From contig MU008162.1 of assembly GCA_010909165.1 (NCBI GenBank), positions 992,001-1,056,000 of the forward strand: a DNA stretch of 64,000 bases, written 5' to 3'. Each line of letters begins with the position of its first letter. The first letter of the stretch is position 1. Of this stretch, positions 47,011 to 59,167 are shown one piece after another. A program made the translations under genes and the position numbers. This DNA comes from Anthoceros angustus. Its lineage: Eukaryota > Plantae > Anthocerotophyta. The notes beneath the pieces are model-generated. The model was given only the letters and a program-made list of their open reading frames with translations. It ran no database searches and was not told where the DNA came from.

Positions 47011-49559
47011 ATGTCGTTAACTGCTGTGAAAATTACGGAAGATGCATACCTTACCTGCCTCACGCATGCCTTGTCCACTGAGACGGAGGAGATCATGGGC
47101 CTTCTGTTTGGTGAAATTGAGGTCTGTTTCCGTGCCGGAGTGCCTTTGTGCAGTGTAGGCTATTGGCTCCGGTGCAAAGCCGTCGTCAGGGTGAATGTTG
47201 AGCTAGGAAGTGAATTTGAATTTGCAAGCAGGCGGACGAGAGAAGCAAACCTACGAGCGCCCAGGAGCTGACTTGCGCTGGTGCTGCAGTATTCCAACAA
47301 TGGCAGCGTCACTGCGCTGGTTTGGAGCGTGGCTCCTCAGACACGGTCTGACCGGCGGAAGGATCGGGTTGAAACCAACCCCGAGCAGCTGGCAGCGGCC
47401 GCAAGTCAAGCTGAAATATCCTAGTTGATTTTAGGCGAGGAAGAGCGTCACACCCCTTGCTTGGGTTCCAAAATTCCTGTAGTGGTTGTCGTTCTCTCCT
47501 GACCTTCTCTTTGATCTCCAAATCCATCTTAGCTGTAGGCATTTCTACCATACGGATTGTTTGCCTTAATTGCGGAATACAGGATGTCTGTGGAGATCGG
47601 ACGGAACACTAGAGTGATTGGCTGGTACCATTCACATCCTCATATCACTGTGATGCCGTCGCATGTTGGTGAGGATTCTACTTCTGGTTGCTCTCGTGGT
47701 GCACTTGTCCGCCTGTTGGGCTGCTGGGCAAGGTTCTTGTAGCTGTGTTGTGTAGGTACCTGATTTGTGCTAAAGTGATATCTTGTTGTAGATGTCCGGA
47801 CACAGAGGATGTACCAAATGCTGGACTCAGGCTTTGTAGGCCTCATTTTCTCTTGCTTCAATGAAGACGGCATTAAGGTACGTTGTCCTTTTGGAAGCTG
47901 GTTGTTAGGAGCCATTGTCAGGCTAACCCTTGAACTGGGTTGGCCATCCGTTGTTGAGAAGGCGTTGTCTTGAGGGATTTGTGTGGAGCATGAATGCAGG
48001 GGGGCCGAATTCAGGTTATCGCATTTCAGTCTCTAGATGGAAAGAGTGCGAGAGATGCAGCCTGGCGAGCTCCCCAGCAACAGAGTTCGTGGCCTTCTGC
48101 TGGTAGTCCAAACACAGTCATTGGGATACCTGTGGCGCAGCCTGTGCTTGGTACTAGTATCCATGGTGGGGAAAGCAGCAGTAGTGAAGTTGAAGGGAAG
48201 GATTATTCAGTCGGGACAGCATTCATGGTGAAATGAACCCTGAGTTTGTTTGTGTTCAGATCTAGTGCACCAGTTCTAAGTGTACCCCAGGTGTCGCTAA
48301 ACCCACGGGTTCTAACATCAGGGGATGTCATGTTTCAGGGGTCAGGAAAGCAAGGTCAAGCTTTGGAATTGCAGCAGCTTTTCACCATGTCCGACAGTGC
48401 AGCTGGAGGTACTCATCCAAAGTCGAAAGGTGTATCGTCGGAGGAAGATTCTGCGGAACTTTCTGGGAGCCTGCAAGAAGCTATGCTCCTTTCAAACTAC
48501 GAGTACAGGTATCATAGCTTATGTGAAGCTTCCCTTCTTCAATAATTGGCACGAAAATTCATGCACCTTTAAAACTACGAGTTCAGGTATCTTGCTTGTT
48601 TGAAGCTTCTTTTCTTCACTAACTGGAAGGAGCATGGAGTTTTTGTGTTTTGCTTCTGAGATTGACAGGCATTGTGCAGTGGCGCAGATTACGTTCGGAA
48701 AGAGGTCCCACTAGAGGTTGTTCCCATGCACACGCTGTTGAAGGCCTGTTCGTTTGGAAGTCCTTTGGTTGATTTGCAGAGGATTCTGTTTGCTGAAGAG
48801 CAAGCAGCTTATAAGCAAGCCCTCGTGAATTGCTCTCGGTAAACTTTCCGGTCTGATATGAAATTAGAGCTCATTGGTTTCAACCGGTCTTGGACGCCAG
48901 TCATTTTGAAGTTTGCGTGGAGTTGCAGGAAAGGCCAAATGCATCCCCTTGCTGCTGTGCACCACTCTGCCATGTATCAGACGTCGCTTGCAAAACTCAT
49001 GGAATACTGGTGAGTTATTTTCGTCTTGCTGGAAAGTTTTCTAGTTCTGAGTGGAGTCAACGTTTTCCTTCTGCACAACCCGGCATTTTGAGAACAGGAT
49101 GCTTCTTGTTGATGTCGGTGCTTACACTGGATGCAGTTTGTCGACCGTTCTCACATCACTCATGGACAAGCAGCACCAGAACAAAGTTCGGGTATGTGAT
49201 GAATGTGGAAGCTTGGTTAGTGCTACCCATTTCGCTGTCTGTATACAGGCTGAGGCCTGCAGCCGGATGTGTTGAAGAGCCACTAATAGAAGTGTATCGT
49301 GATACAGCTGGCACGACTGCAAGAAGAGATCGACGAGTTTCAACTTCCTTCGAAGGCAACAACAGCAAGTGGGAGACAGCCATCATTTGCATCTGCCCGC
49401 GGAACCACCGCTGGTCAGACTAGAGGGCGGTCCGAATCAGAAGTGTTCTTGCCAGGTAGAAGCACAAGGCACAGTAGCCACGGTGCTATGCTCGCAGCAC
49501 TTCAAGAGCGAAAAGAGCGTCGTTCGTCTTCTTCCGAGGCTGATCTCATCAATTTGTAG
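47011..49559 (+). CDS. BRCC36: BRCC36-like JAMM/MPN+ deubiquitinase
   Basis: MSLTAVKITEDAYLTCLTHALSTETEEIMGLLFG, RSDRRKDRVETNPEQLAAA and the JAMM motif VIGWYHSHPHITVMPSHVD. Last exon 49308-49559. Confidence 0.93.
47416..47580 (+). other. U12-type AT-AC intron in BRCC36 (165 nt)
   Basis: 5' end ATATCCTAG, branch-like GCCTTAAT at 47563-47570, 3' end ATAC. Removing it restores ...AASQAE|RMSVEIGRNTRVIGWYHSH in frame. Confidence 0.9.
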
Positions 49560-49640
49560 TCACATTTTTAGATTTCTGGACTATTTCTAACAACGTCCTA
49601 TTGAGCGGCAATCTTGCAATCTGTGGATCTCCCCACCAGT

Positions 49641-52313
49641 TCACAATGCCATGGTGGCCCTCTTGCTGTGCATGCGTAAATGAGCTTCGATTTCAGCATC
49701 AGATTCCTGCGATGACAATTCCCGATATGGCACATACCCTGCTTTCATCATTTGAGGAACAAGCTGTTCAAGCCAGGCGTAAATACCTTCACTCTCAGAA
49801 TGTCGTTTATCCCCAACCAAAAAAGTATGCACCAGTCCATCCTCGTCTGTCCACCAGCTTTGGCCAGGCTGCTTCCATGCCTTCATCCCTTTTCTCTTTT
49901 CCTGCATCTCAATTGCCTGCTCCCACATCTGGGCACTAGCATATATGTTGGACATCAACACATATGCTGCAGCATCTGTTTCATCTAATTTTACAGCCTC
50001 ACTGAAAGCATGACGTCCCACCTCCACATTGCTCCACTTTTGACAAGCACTCAACAGTGTGCGCCACACTCCATCACGCTGTAAGGGCATTGTCCTCACC
50101 ACCCCCAGTGCCTCGTTTAGCCGGCCTGCACGTCCCAGGAGATCCACCATGCATGAGTAGTGCTCTGCAGTGGGAGTGATGCCATAGCGTCTGCTCATAC
50201 CCTCAAAGCACTCTCGGCCCTGGTTCACTAGACCCGCATGGCTGCATACTGTTAACACACAAAGGAATGTGACGCCATTTGGCTGTATGCCGTCCTCTCT
50301 CATTCTAACAACCAGGTCAAATACCAGCTCACTGTCTCCTTGACGTGTGTATCCTGCAATCAATGCATTCCAGGCGACAATGTCTCTTTCGGGCAGTGCA
50401 TCAAACACCTCCTGCGCGTCAACCATGCTCCCGGATTTTGCATACATGTTTATCAAGCTGATAGCTACAAACTCATCACCTTGAAGCCCTTGTTGTCCTA
50501 TCTGTGCATGGAGCTGCCTCCCTGCATTTAAAGCTGCCACACTTGCACAAGCTTGCAGCAGGCACACAAATGTGACAGAATCAGGTGGAGCAAAGCCTTC
50601 TTGTTGCATGGCACTATAGAGACGGAGGGCTTCCTGACCCATTCCCTGCTGAGAATATCCTGATATCAGAGCAGTCCACGTCACCACATCCTTGTGTGGA
50701 AGCCCGTTAAACACGCTCTGAGCATCCTCTAGGCTGCCACACTTTGAATACATTGTCACCAGGCTGCAACCGATAACCATATCAGCATGAAGTCCTTGTT
50801 CCTCAATCTGTCTATGGAGCTGCTTTCCCTGCTCCAAAACAGCGGGACCAACAGCTGCACATGCCTGCAGAAGACACACAAACGTCACAGAATTGGGAGC
50901 AGATATGCCTTCTTCTTGCATGGCACTGTAAAGGTGAAGGGCTGCATGACCCAAGCTCTGCTGAGCGTATCCTGCAATTATGGCGTTCCATGTCACCACA
51001 TTTTTTTGACGAAGTCCATCAAACGCCCCCTGAGCATCATTGATGCTGCCACACTTTGCATACATGTTTACAAGGCTGGACCCTAGAATCACATCAACCC
51101 GAAGTCCTTGTTCCTGGATCTTTCTATGTACCTCCTTTCCCTTCTCCAAAGCCTGACTGCCCACACTGGCACATGCCTGCAGGACACACACAAATGTTAC
51201 ACAGTCAGGTGCAGAAACGCCTTCTTGTTGCATAGCAGTGTAAAGACAAAGGGCTTCCTGACCCATGCCCTGCTGGGAATATCCTGCTATCAAGGCGTTC
51301 CACGTGACCGTATCCTTTTGAGAAAGTCCATCGAACACCCTTTGAGCATCTTCCAAGCTGCCACACTTGGCATACATGTCCACCAAGCCACTACAAACAA
51401 ACAAATCAGGCTTAACTCCACTGGCCAGCACATCAGCATGCACCTCCTGCCCAGTTTTCAGGTCTGTCCCCCTTGCACAAGCCTTTAGGGCAGCCACAAA
51501 CACATGGCCATCCGGCTTCACACTTGACCCGCGCATCTGATGATAAAGCTGTATGGCCCGATCAGCATGACCGTGTTGAACATGCGCGGAAATCACAGAA
51601 GACCACATGAAGGCATCTGGATTGGCAACAACGGTGAACACATCCATCGCTTCTCGCAACATGGCATGAGAAGCATACATTCGCATGATGTGGTGGCACA
51701 AGAACAGGTCCGACTCATACCCCTTCTTCACAGTGAGAGCATGAACACGGCGACCCAGAACCAGATTCCTCTTAACCACACATTCTTTTATAACAGCAAA
51801 GAAGACAGATGTGGAAATATAACAGTCTGTCTGCGCCAGAACTCCGAGAGCTTCCACGGCCTCCCTGACCTGACCATGTTGACATAATTCAGTGACGGTT
51901 TCAGGCCACAATTCTGCACCGAACCTCTCAGGGTCAGGACCATCCAGCAACAAAGCATGCAGAGAAGTCTGCTGTGCGTCCACCCAAGCTGGCCTGTTCA
52001 AGTTGCTCAACGAGAGGACCTCGTGGGACTCCTTATGCCGGAGATCACGCATACCGGAGCTCCTTTTATGTTTCCTGTTATCCCACCAAACTGTCTGATC
52101 CAGAAAACAGTGCCGCCACAAGAGCTCCTGGCTGAATGACTTTTCCCCAGCCACACATTCCCCGGCACGGCCTGGGTACCTTGCAGTGATGCTGCACCTT
52201 ACCAGGTCTAGAATACCTGGTAACACACCAATCTGCGGGGTCCGGGAAAATTGTCCCACCAACAAATCATGTCGCCATGTGCTTGAATCAAGTGGAACAC
52301 TACTGACAGGCAT
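49641..52313 (-). CDS. PLS-class PPR protein: PDF-like N-terminal motif, ~17 PPR motifs, E1, E2, PG..SWW box and truncated DYW; an upstream exon may exist
   Basis: Single 898-codon frame with (L-S-P)n-P2-L2-S2-E1-E2, then KQPGQSWW...HTFLVGDKRH...GYVP...HSK and a stop. First ATG at 52313. Confidence 0.93.
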   Translation of the reverse strand: MPVSSVPLDSSTWRHDLLVGQFSRTPQIGVLPGILDLVRCSITARYPGRAGECVAGEKSFSQELLWRHCFLDQTVWWDNRKHKRSSGMRDLRHKESHEVLSLSNLNRPAWVDAQQTSLHALLLDGPDPERFGAELWPETVTELCQHGQVREAVEALGVLAQTDCYISTSVFFAVIKECVVKRNLVLGRRVHALTVKKGYESDLFLCHHIMRMYASHAMLREAMDVFTVVANPDAFMWSSVISAHVQHGHADRAIQLYHQMRGSSVKPDGHVFVAALKACARGTDLKTGQEVHADVLASGVKPDLFVCSGLVDMYAKCGSLEDAQRVFDGLSQKDTVTWNALIAGYSQQGMGQEALCLYTAMQQEGVSAPDCVTFVCVLQACASVGSQALEKGKEVHRKIQEQGLRVDVILGSSLVNMYAKCGSINDAQGAFDGLRQKNVVTWNAIIAGYAQQSLGHAALHLYSAMQEEGISAPNSVTFVCLLQACAAVGPAVLEQGKQLHRQIEEQGLHADMVIGCSLVTMYSKCGSLEDAQSVFNGLPHKDVVTWTALISGYSQQGMGQEALRLYSAMQQEGFAPPDSVTFVCLLQACASVAALNAGRQLHAQIGQQGLQGDEFVAISLINMYAKSGSMVDAQEVFDALPERDIVAWNALIAGYTRQGDSELVFDLVVRMREDGIQPNGVTFLCVLTVCSHAGLVNQGRECFEGMSRRYGITPTAEHYSCMVDLLGRAGRLNEALGVVRTMPLQRDGVWRTLLSACQKWSNVEVGRHAFSEAVKLDETDAAAYVLMSNIYASAQMWEQAIEMQEKRKGMKAWKQPGQSWWTDEDGLVHTFLVGDKRHSESEGIYAWLEQLVPQMMKAGYVPYRELSSQESDAEIEAHLRMHSKRATMAL

Positions 52314-53572
52314 AGCTTGCAGGAGCACACGCTGCAACTATGCAGTCGAGCCTGAAGCAAAACGACCTGCCAAATGAGCTAGGTGCCCGCTTAGTACCAA
52401 CATGCGCTAGGAGTCTAACCCAGTCCATTTGACATGGCTACCGACTCATTCTCCCTCCTTCCGCCATTGAAGCTGCGATCGAATTAGTCTTTCTTATGAC
52501 ACCTGAGACGCCATTCTCGAACTTGCTACCGCCCATCATAGCTTCTTGCCTTCACTCACGGAGGAACACGAGTCAGGCTATATGCACCTTCCTCCCATTT
52601 TCGATGCCAATATGCATCCCTTGTCTGAAACAAGTGGCTGTGGGATCCGTGGGCACATCAGTTCACCCTGGTTCATAACTCTTGGTGACATCTGTGGTTG
52701 AGGTTGATGTACTACAGCCTGCACGGGCTACTGTCCTTCCTAAGTGACCTCTCTGCTGCAGCTGAGGTGGACTGTGCCGATGAAGCCCGTTGTGATTCCT
52801 GGGAAGGTGAGGCCTGTGACGATCAATACTGGGCTTTCTATGACACCCAAGGCTCAGATTTCGTTTCTCTTGTTAAGGTTGTAGCAAGGTGAGGCCGCTT
52901 CTCCACTAGGCCGGTTTCATTGCTCTTTCCTGCACGCTGGACTGCCGGGGAGTTAGGGTTAAGGGTGACTTCGATGCTGCAGGCATTCTGGTGAACGCTC
53001 AGCTTCAGAGGTGAGCTCCAGAGCAGCGTTTCCCCGAGAATGCCTGCTGCACCATAGCCACTGACCATCAAGCCAGTTCAAGCTGGCCCGGACTCAAGCT
53101 TGAGCCTACGAGGATCAGGCTGAGCACCGGGAAGTTCTGCACGCTGGAGCTGCCGGGGAGTGAGGGTGACTTTGCTGCCGGAGGCATTCTCGTGAAAGCT
53201 CGATCAATTCCAGAGCTGAGCTCCAGAGCAGAGCTTCCCCGAGAATGCGTGTGGCATCAAAGTTGTTGAATATCGAGCCAGGCGTTCTCAGCTTGAGCTG
53301 CACACCCATTCAAAGACGTCTCATAGAATTCATGACTGCACGTACCATCAGCCAACAGGTCAAGCACGAGGTAAGCCGGCCTGCTTGCCGGGGCGAGCAG
53401 ACCGGCTTGCCTCGCACTCAGCTTGCAGGCTACTGTAGGAGAAAGGCCATCGTCATCACGCCATCCAGGATACACGTTGCCTTGTAAGAGCCTTTGTAAA
53501 TCGGGACAAGGACGCTGCGCATACACGAATTCCTGTGACCAACAGGCACCAATATGTGACAGCCGGTCCTTC

Positions 53573-53772
53573 GTGTATTGTGTGAGATTGCTTTGAAAGA
53601 TGGCATAGTAATTAGTGTATTGTGTGAGATTGCTTTGGAAGATGGCAGAGTACTTAGTAAATTGTGTGAGATTGCTTTGGAAGATGGCATAGTACTTAGT
53701 GTATTGTGTGAGATTGCTTTGGAAGATGGCATAGTACTTAGTGTTTTGTGTGAGATCGCTTTAAGAAGATGG
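53573..53772. repeat. 42-bp minisatellite, ~4.7 copies
   Basis: Unit GTATTGTGTGAGATTGCTTTGGAAGATGGCATAGTACTTAGT starts at 53575, 53617, 53659, 53701 and 53743. Confidence 0.95.
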
Positions 53773-54071
53773 TGTGGTCCTTAAGTCAGGATTGCCATGG
53801 ACGTGATCCTAATATGGAAGATCTTAAATCTTACTGGTGAAATGAAGAGGTAGTAAATGATAGGATATTTTGTCTAGTTCATCAAGTAGAAGCTGAAGAT
53901 GTTTTCGATATTTGTGGTGGACAATAGCTTTCTTATTCAGTCTCCTCAAAAGAGGTTTTTGCCACGAACAAATACCCTCCAAGAAAAACTATATGACTTT
54001 TAGCAAGATCTCTAAGTTTCGCAAAACCTCAAGTTGATGAATGGTTTATTGAATGCCGATTACAAGAGATA

Positions 54072-54231
54072 CAAAAAAATGGAGAACACAATACACATGA
54101 GAAAGAATAAATAGGAAATAAATAGCCTTTGGGGAATGCTACTGCCTAAAGCAAAAAAATGGAGAACACAATACACATGAGAAAGAATAAATAGGAAATA
54201 AATAGCCTTTGGGGAATGCTACTGCCTAAAG
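54072..54231. repeat. Exact 80-bp tandem duplication
   Basis: CAAAAAAATGGAGAAC...CTACTGCCTAAAG at 54072-54151 and 54152-54231. Confidence 0.95.
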
Positions 54232-55004
54232 TGGCCCAAATCCTATCCTCCTACACTTCGTAAGGAGGTAGACAAAAGCTCAAAGCAATGCAATTATAAA
54301 CACAAATCTACCATATTTCATTTAGAGATAATGAAAACATAGTGAGTACCCGTAGGTTAGAGAAGCCAGTGGCCCATTTATCAAGTATATTATATATATT
54401 CGATAATTTTTGTTTACGGAGCAAACTCCGTCGCCCAGCCCGGTAACTTATGGCCATGTCGAGGCACAGGAAGAATATTTTCTAACACGTTCCAGCGGCA
54501 CCTGTTGCAATCCTGCCCTTGTTGTTTTGTGCAGCTTCGCAAGCATCGTGTTTGTCAGGCAAACGATTGTTCCAAGAATGTACAAAATTTCTGAGATACT
54601 GTGGGCCCGTTATGTACAGTCCTACGGGCCGCAAGCGCCGTCTAAGATCTAGTGACGAACTCCCAAGCACTGTCAGCTGCCCACATGCCCAGCTGGCTTC
54701 AAGAGAAGCAGCAGGTATCGCAACGCCATTTTACCTTCTAAATAGACACAACACCCGGAAGGCAGACTGGGGGGAGGGATTCACAGCCCAGACCCCATGC
54801 CTAGGCTCCAGGAACATGCTAGCCGCTAACCAAGGATTTTGACTAATCCAAGCCATAATGCGTCACAAGCGAAGAGCAGAGGGATCAAGGACTCGGGCTT
54901 TCACTGGACTTTCAGCAGAAGAACAACCAGTCGGATTCCCGGGGAGGTTAGCTCATAGTATCAGTCCCAATTACCTTCCTGGAATCAATTCCCCTTTGCC
55001 CAGT

Positions 55005-58000
55005 TCACTTGGTGATTTTAGACTCGACATCAAATTCAGAAAATGCCTTAATAGGGGCTCTGGTTTTCAAAAGCATCTCCTCATATTCAGCTTGTGGGTC
55101 CGATAGGGCTACTACTGCCCCTCCAGCACCTATGCATGCTTCATCATCATTCAGCACCAACGTTCTTATCACAATGTTCAAATCAAAGGACGAATTGAAA
55201 GACAGAAACCCTATAGAGCCCGAGTATACCCCCCTTGCCGAACTCTCAATCGAATCAAGTATTTCCATAGTCCTCAATTTGGGTGCTCCTGTCATCGACC
55301 CTCCAGGAAATGCTGCACGAATGCATGCTATAGGCGTAATATCAGACCTCTTCGTCCCCCTAACTGTGCTGACTAGAGTATGGACGGTTGAATACGATTC
55401 CACTGTCATCAAACTAGGCACATGAACACTGCCTGCCTCGCACACAATCCCAAGATCATTTCGCAGGAGGTCCACAATCATCAGGTTCTCCGCCAAATCC
55501 TTCTCACTGTACCAGCAAACACAACGTCAGCGTTCATGAATATCAACACAAAATTCTGGCAAAGAGGATGGAAGGGAGCGGTACCTGCTAAGTAGCTGGC
55601 ATCGAAGATCATCATCTTCTACCTGAGACGCACCCCTAGGCATTGTTCCTTTGATTGGCTTGGCTTCTAGTGTGCCCATTTGATCCAGCCGCAAAAACCG
55701 CTCAGGAGATGAGCAGCATATGCGTGGTCCTCGTTCACCAAAGTGAAGCCAAGCAGCATAAGGAGCAGGATTCATCTCACGCAATGTGAGATACAGTCCC
55801 AAACCATCCACAGATTTTGCAATTGCCTTCAGCTGGGTTGTAAGACACACCTCATAGGATTCTCCATCCTTGATATGGCTTAGACAGCTCTCAACATCTC
55901 GTATGTAGGAAGATCTAGAGGTTTGTAACTGGAACTCTGAAGATGTAGCCTCCTGATGACTGAGAGAGAGAGTTTTTGACAGCCCCTTCCTCATCTCTGC
56001 AGAAGTAACAGTATTCTGTCTGAGCAACAGAACCTTCTGTGAGGTCTGGAGTACCCACTCCTCAGCTAGTTGCTGAGCACCAGAAGCAGAAGAACTTCCA
56101 TTAGTCTTGCTTCCCCTGCCGCAAGGAGAAGTCACTGTATTTTCGGAGAGACCAAGTACATAGATATCATCACATGCATGGTCGACCACTATGAGGCGGT
56201 CAGCTAGAAAGAATCCTGCATCAGGATGCGGTGAGCTGTGAAGGTTTATCTTAGCGCCACATTCCACCTTTAGCTCATACCTGCCAAAGACATCAGACTT
56301 GCCGAGTTAAAGGAGACCAGATTATTTTCCAAGTTAATACTGTTGCAGGGTTTGAAGAAAACTCTGTACCCGAGATAGCCAATAAAGCCACCACAAAAGT
56401 CAAAGGGCAAGTTTTCAAGGTCCTCCTTTCTGCAGGTGTAACTCTGGAGAGTCTGCACAAAATAAAAGGTTAGCCCGAATGACAACACAAAAATAACTCT
56501 GCAAGCACCCGGAAGTTCTGGCACTCTTGTATGAGAGGCCACTCAAGGAGCACAAGTTCAACCTTCTCAAGAAAGTCAAAGAACCCGTTCTCTAATTGTT
56601 CTTCAGTTAAATTGCCAGCCACATCCTCCACTTTCAGGGTTCCAGTTGTTTGCCTATTGCATAAGGACCACATTGACATTGTCAACAAAGTGTAACTTCC
56701 AATAAGGACAAGACTGAGCCTCAATTTTGTCCCCTAGGCATAAGCACCAAAGATCAAAGAAGTCTCACATGAGAACTCACATGTCTTCAGACAACTTATA
56801 TGTAAACTGTCGCCACAGAGGTCCACCTTTTCCACCCATGAATGAAAATCTGGCTCTACCCTGAGAAGAAACAATCATGCAGGTCATCTCCTGTCACCAT
56901 ACACATGTCTCCAACATTCTGCATCACATTATTGACATCAGCACCTGATCCCGACATGAGCTGTCAAGCCAGAAAGTGTTTTGCGCAGCACCACTCCCAA
57001 ATAGTTCGCAGAAAATGCTCTCCGAGCCACCGACCTCTGATGCCATACCAGCTATTTTTTTCCAGAAGACTCTCAGTTCTGTGGACTGGACATTGCTGCG
57101 GGTATTTTGAGAAGAGCTTCCATCGTTCAAGAGGTTCACACTTGATTGCAACCCTTCAGTAGCTGCAGAAGTGATGCCTGTGTGCCCATTGGACACATAA
57201 GGCTGAGGCGGAAAGAGCTTCATCCCAATAAGTTCCTTAGTCCTGTCTGCTTCAACCTGAAATCTCCACATTCAGATGCATCATGTTAAGCCAACTAACA
57301 TACATTGATTGGACAAGGGCAAGACGAATACAAGGAATACATGAAGAGAAACAGCTTTACCAAGCTGTACGGTTGCCAAGCTTGATGCTGCCAGAATTCC
57401 CGTGTAATGTTGCCAAAATTCTGCAAAATTTGCCTCCCATGGGCAGTGGCGACACTCTCTGGGTGGAACTGTTGGACAGAAAATAGATTGATTATTAGCA
57501 TAGACCAAACTCTTAATAAACTTACAAATCCATGAGCTGGACGGTTGTAAAGAAATCCACCTGCACACCATGATGGGGCCAGCTTCGATGAGAAACCCCC
57601 ATCAAGACTCTAGTGCCTGCTCGTGCAGTTCCAGCAAAACCAGAAGACTGCCCGTCAAACATATTGTGCCGACCGATGGTGCCATTGACCTGCTCATTGA
57701 CCACCTTGCTGCTATTTACATAACTGCCCCGTCCATTGGTACCTCCGTTGTCTGTAATAGGAGGAACAAGCGTGTTAATTTTCCCAGTCTGTGAAATAGT
57801 GTTGTGGTGAATGTCACGAGAGCCACAAAACCTCAAATTTCCTAAAGGACCTGTGAAGCTGGAGGTTGTAGCACACGAGCTAACACTGTTGGACAGCTCA
57901 GGGGAACTCAAACCATCCGATAACACTGTCCACGCTGTTGGAACCAAGTCTTCAGGAAGTGAAGTTGCATCAATCATCAAAGAATGATATCTGACAACCT

Positions 58001-59167
58001 ACATGTCCAACATTTGACACTAATTAGAGACAGATGGTGGCCTAGGGCCACAGCTATGCAGTGGGCTTACGATGCCGTGTACTAAATGATAAACTGGAAA
58101 GCAAGGGAAATGGACTCTCACCTTAAATCCTGAACCAAGGCCTGAGGGAATGTCTCTGAATAACAGACTTCCATCATGATCGATTTCACTGCATACAGCA
58201 ATATAAACCGACGCTTCAACTGGCATGCCATCAAACAAGTTGGCAAGTGTCGCAGCACATCATAAAGTATGCTCAGGCTGCCGTCCTGCAGTGGTGAATA
58301 TCTACTTCCACCCTACCTAAGGCGACCATGAACTGGTTCTGGTGCATGCACAACCTGGGCTCCATGCGCATATCCGAGTGCCTGCAGATACCAAGTGGGA
58401 TGTGAAACCATGCAAGAAGAAGAAAGAAGACGTATATATGAACGTGATAGCGAAAAGGAGGAGCATCATACTTGGTGTCCCATGCAAACTCCGAGAATAG
58501 GAATATCGCTACACTCCTTCAACAGTTGAATGCAAACGCCTGTGCAAAGTACGTAAGGATGAGCAGCGGGTACCGGGTGCTGGAGGAGACTGAAGCAGCA
58601 AGTACTAGACTGAAGCCAGGAGTGAGGTACCGACCTATATCCGCAGCACATTGTGGAGAGCCTGGGCCAGGGGAGATGACCACATTGTGGAAGGCCCGCT
58701 CTTGGTAAAGCAGATGCTTGAGCTCTTCCCAGCCCATCTCATCATTTTTCATCACAAACGGGGCCACTGCAGTCCAGCCCAGTAACGCCATAAGAACAAG
58801 ACGATGGTTCAGGCACGACCCACGACCCAGAATCGAATTGCACAATCGTACCGCCGTTGATGACGGAAAGCAGCTGAAAGAGGTTGTAGGTGTAGCTGTC
58901 GTAGTTATCCAGCAGCAGCGTCCTGATGGGCTCGACCTTGGTGACGTGCTTCCTGGCATCGAAGCTGGTGCAGCTGTGGTGCAACTGCAGTCCGGTCCCG
59001 TGCTGCTGCAACACGGAGCTGCTGGCACACGCGGAGACCCGCAGCAGGGGCCGGGGGATGCGTTTCTTCCTCCAATTCCCACCCCGCCTGGGATTGAGCG
59101 GGAGCAGGGGTACCAGGTCGGCCGTGCCTGCTGCGAGCATGGACAGCCTGTCCAGATCCATCAACAT
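55005..59167 (-). CDS. ADCS: Bifunctional aminodeoxychorismate synthase (PabA-PabB fusion), likely plastid-targeted
   Basis: [38 protein letters not shown] and FHPES (GATase triad), then [34 protein letters not shown] and GAGGA. Multiple GT-AG introns. Confidence 0.95.

Noticed and set aside
53573-53772. CRISPR-like array
   Set aside because: The units are contiguous with no unique spacers, there are no cas genes, and the context is eukaryotic.
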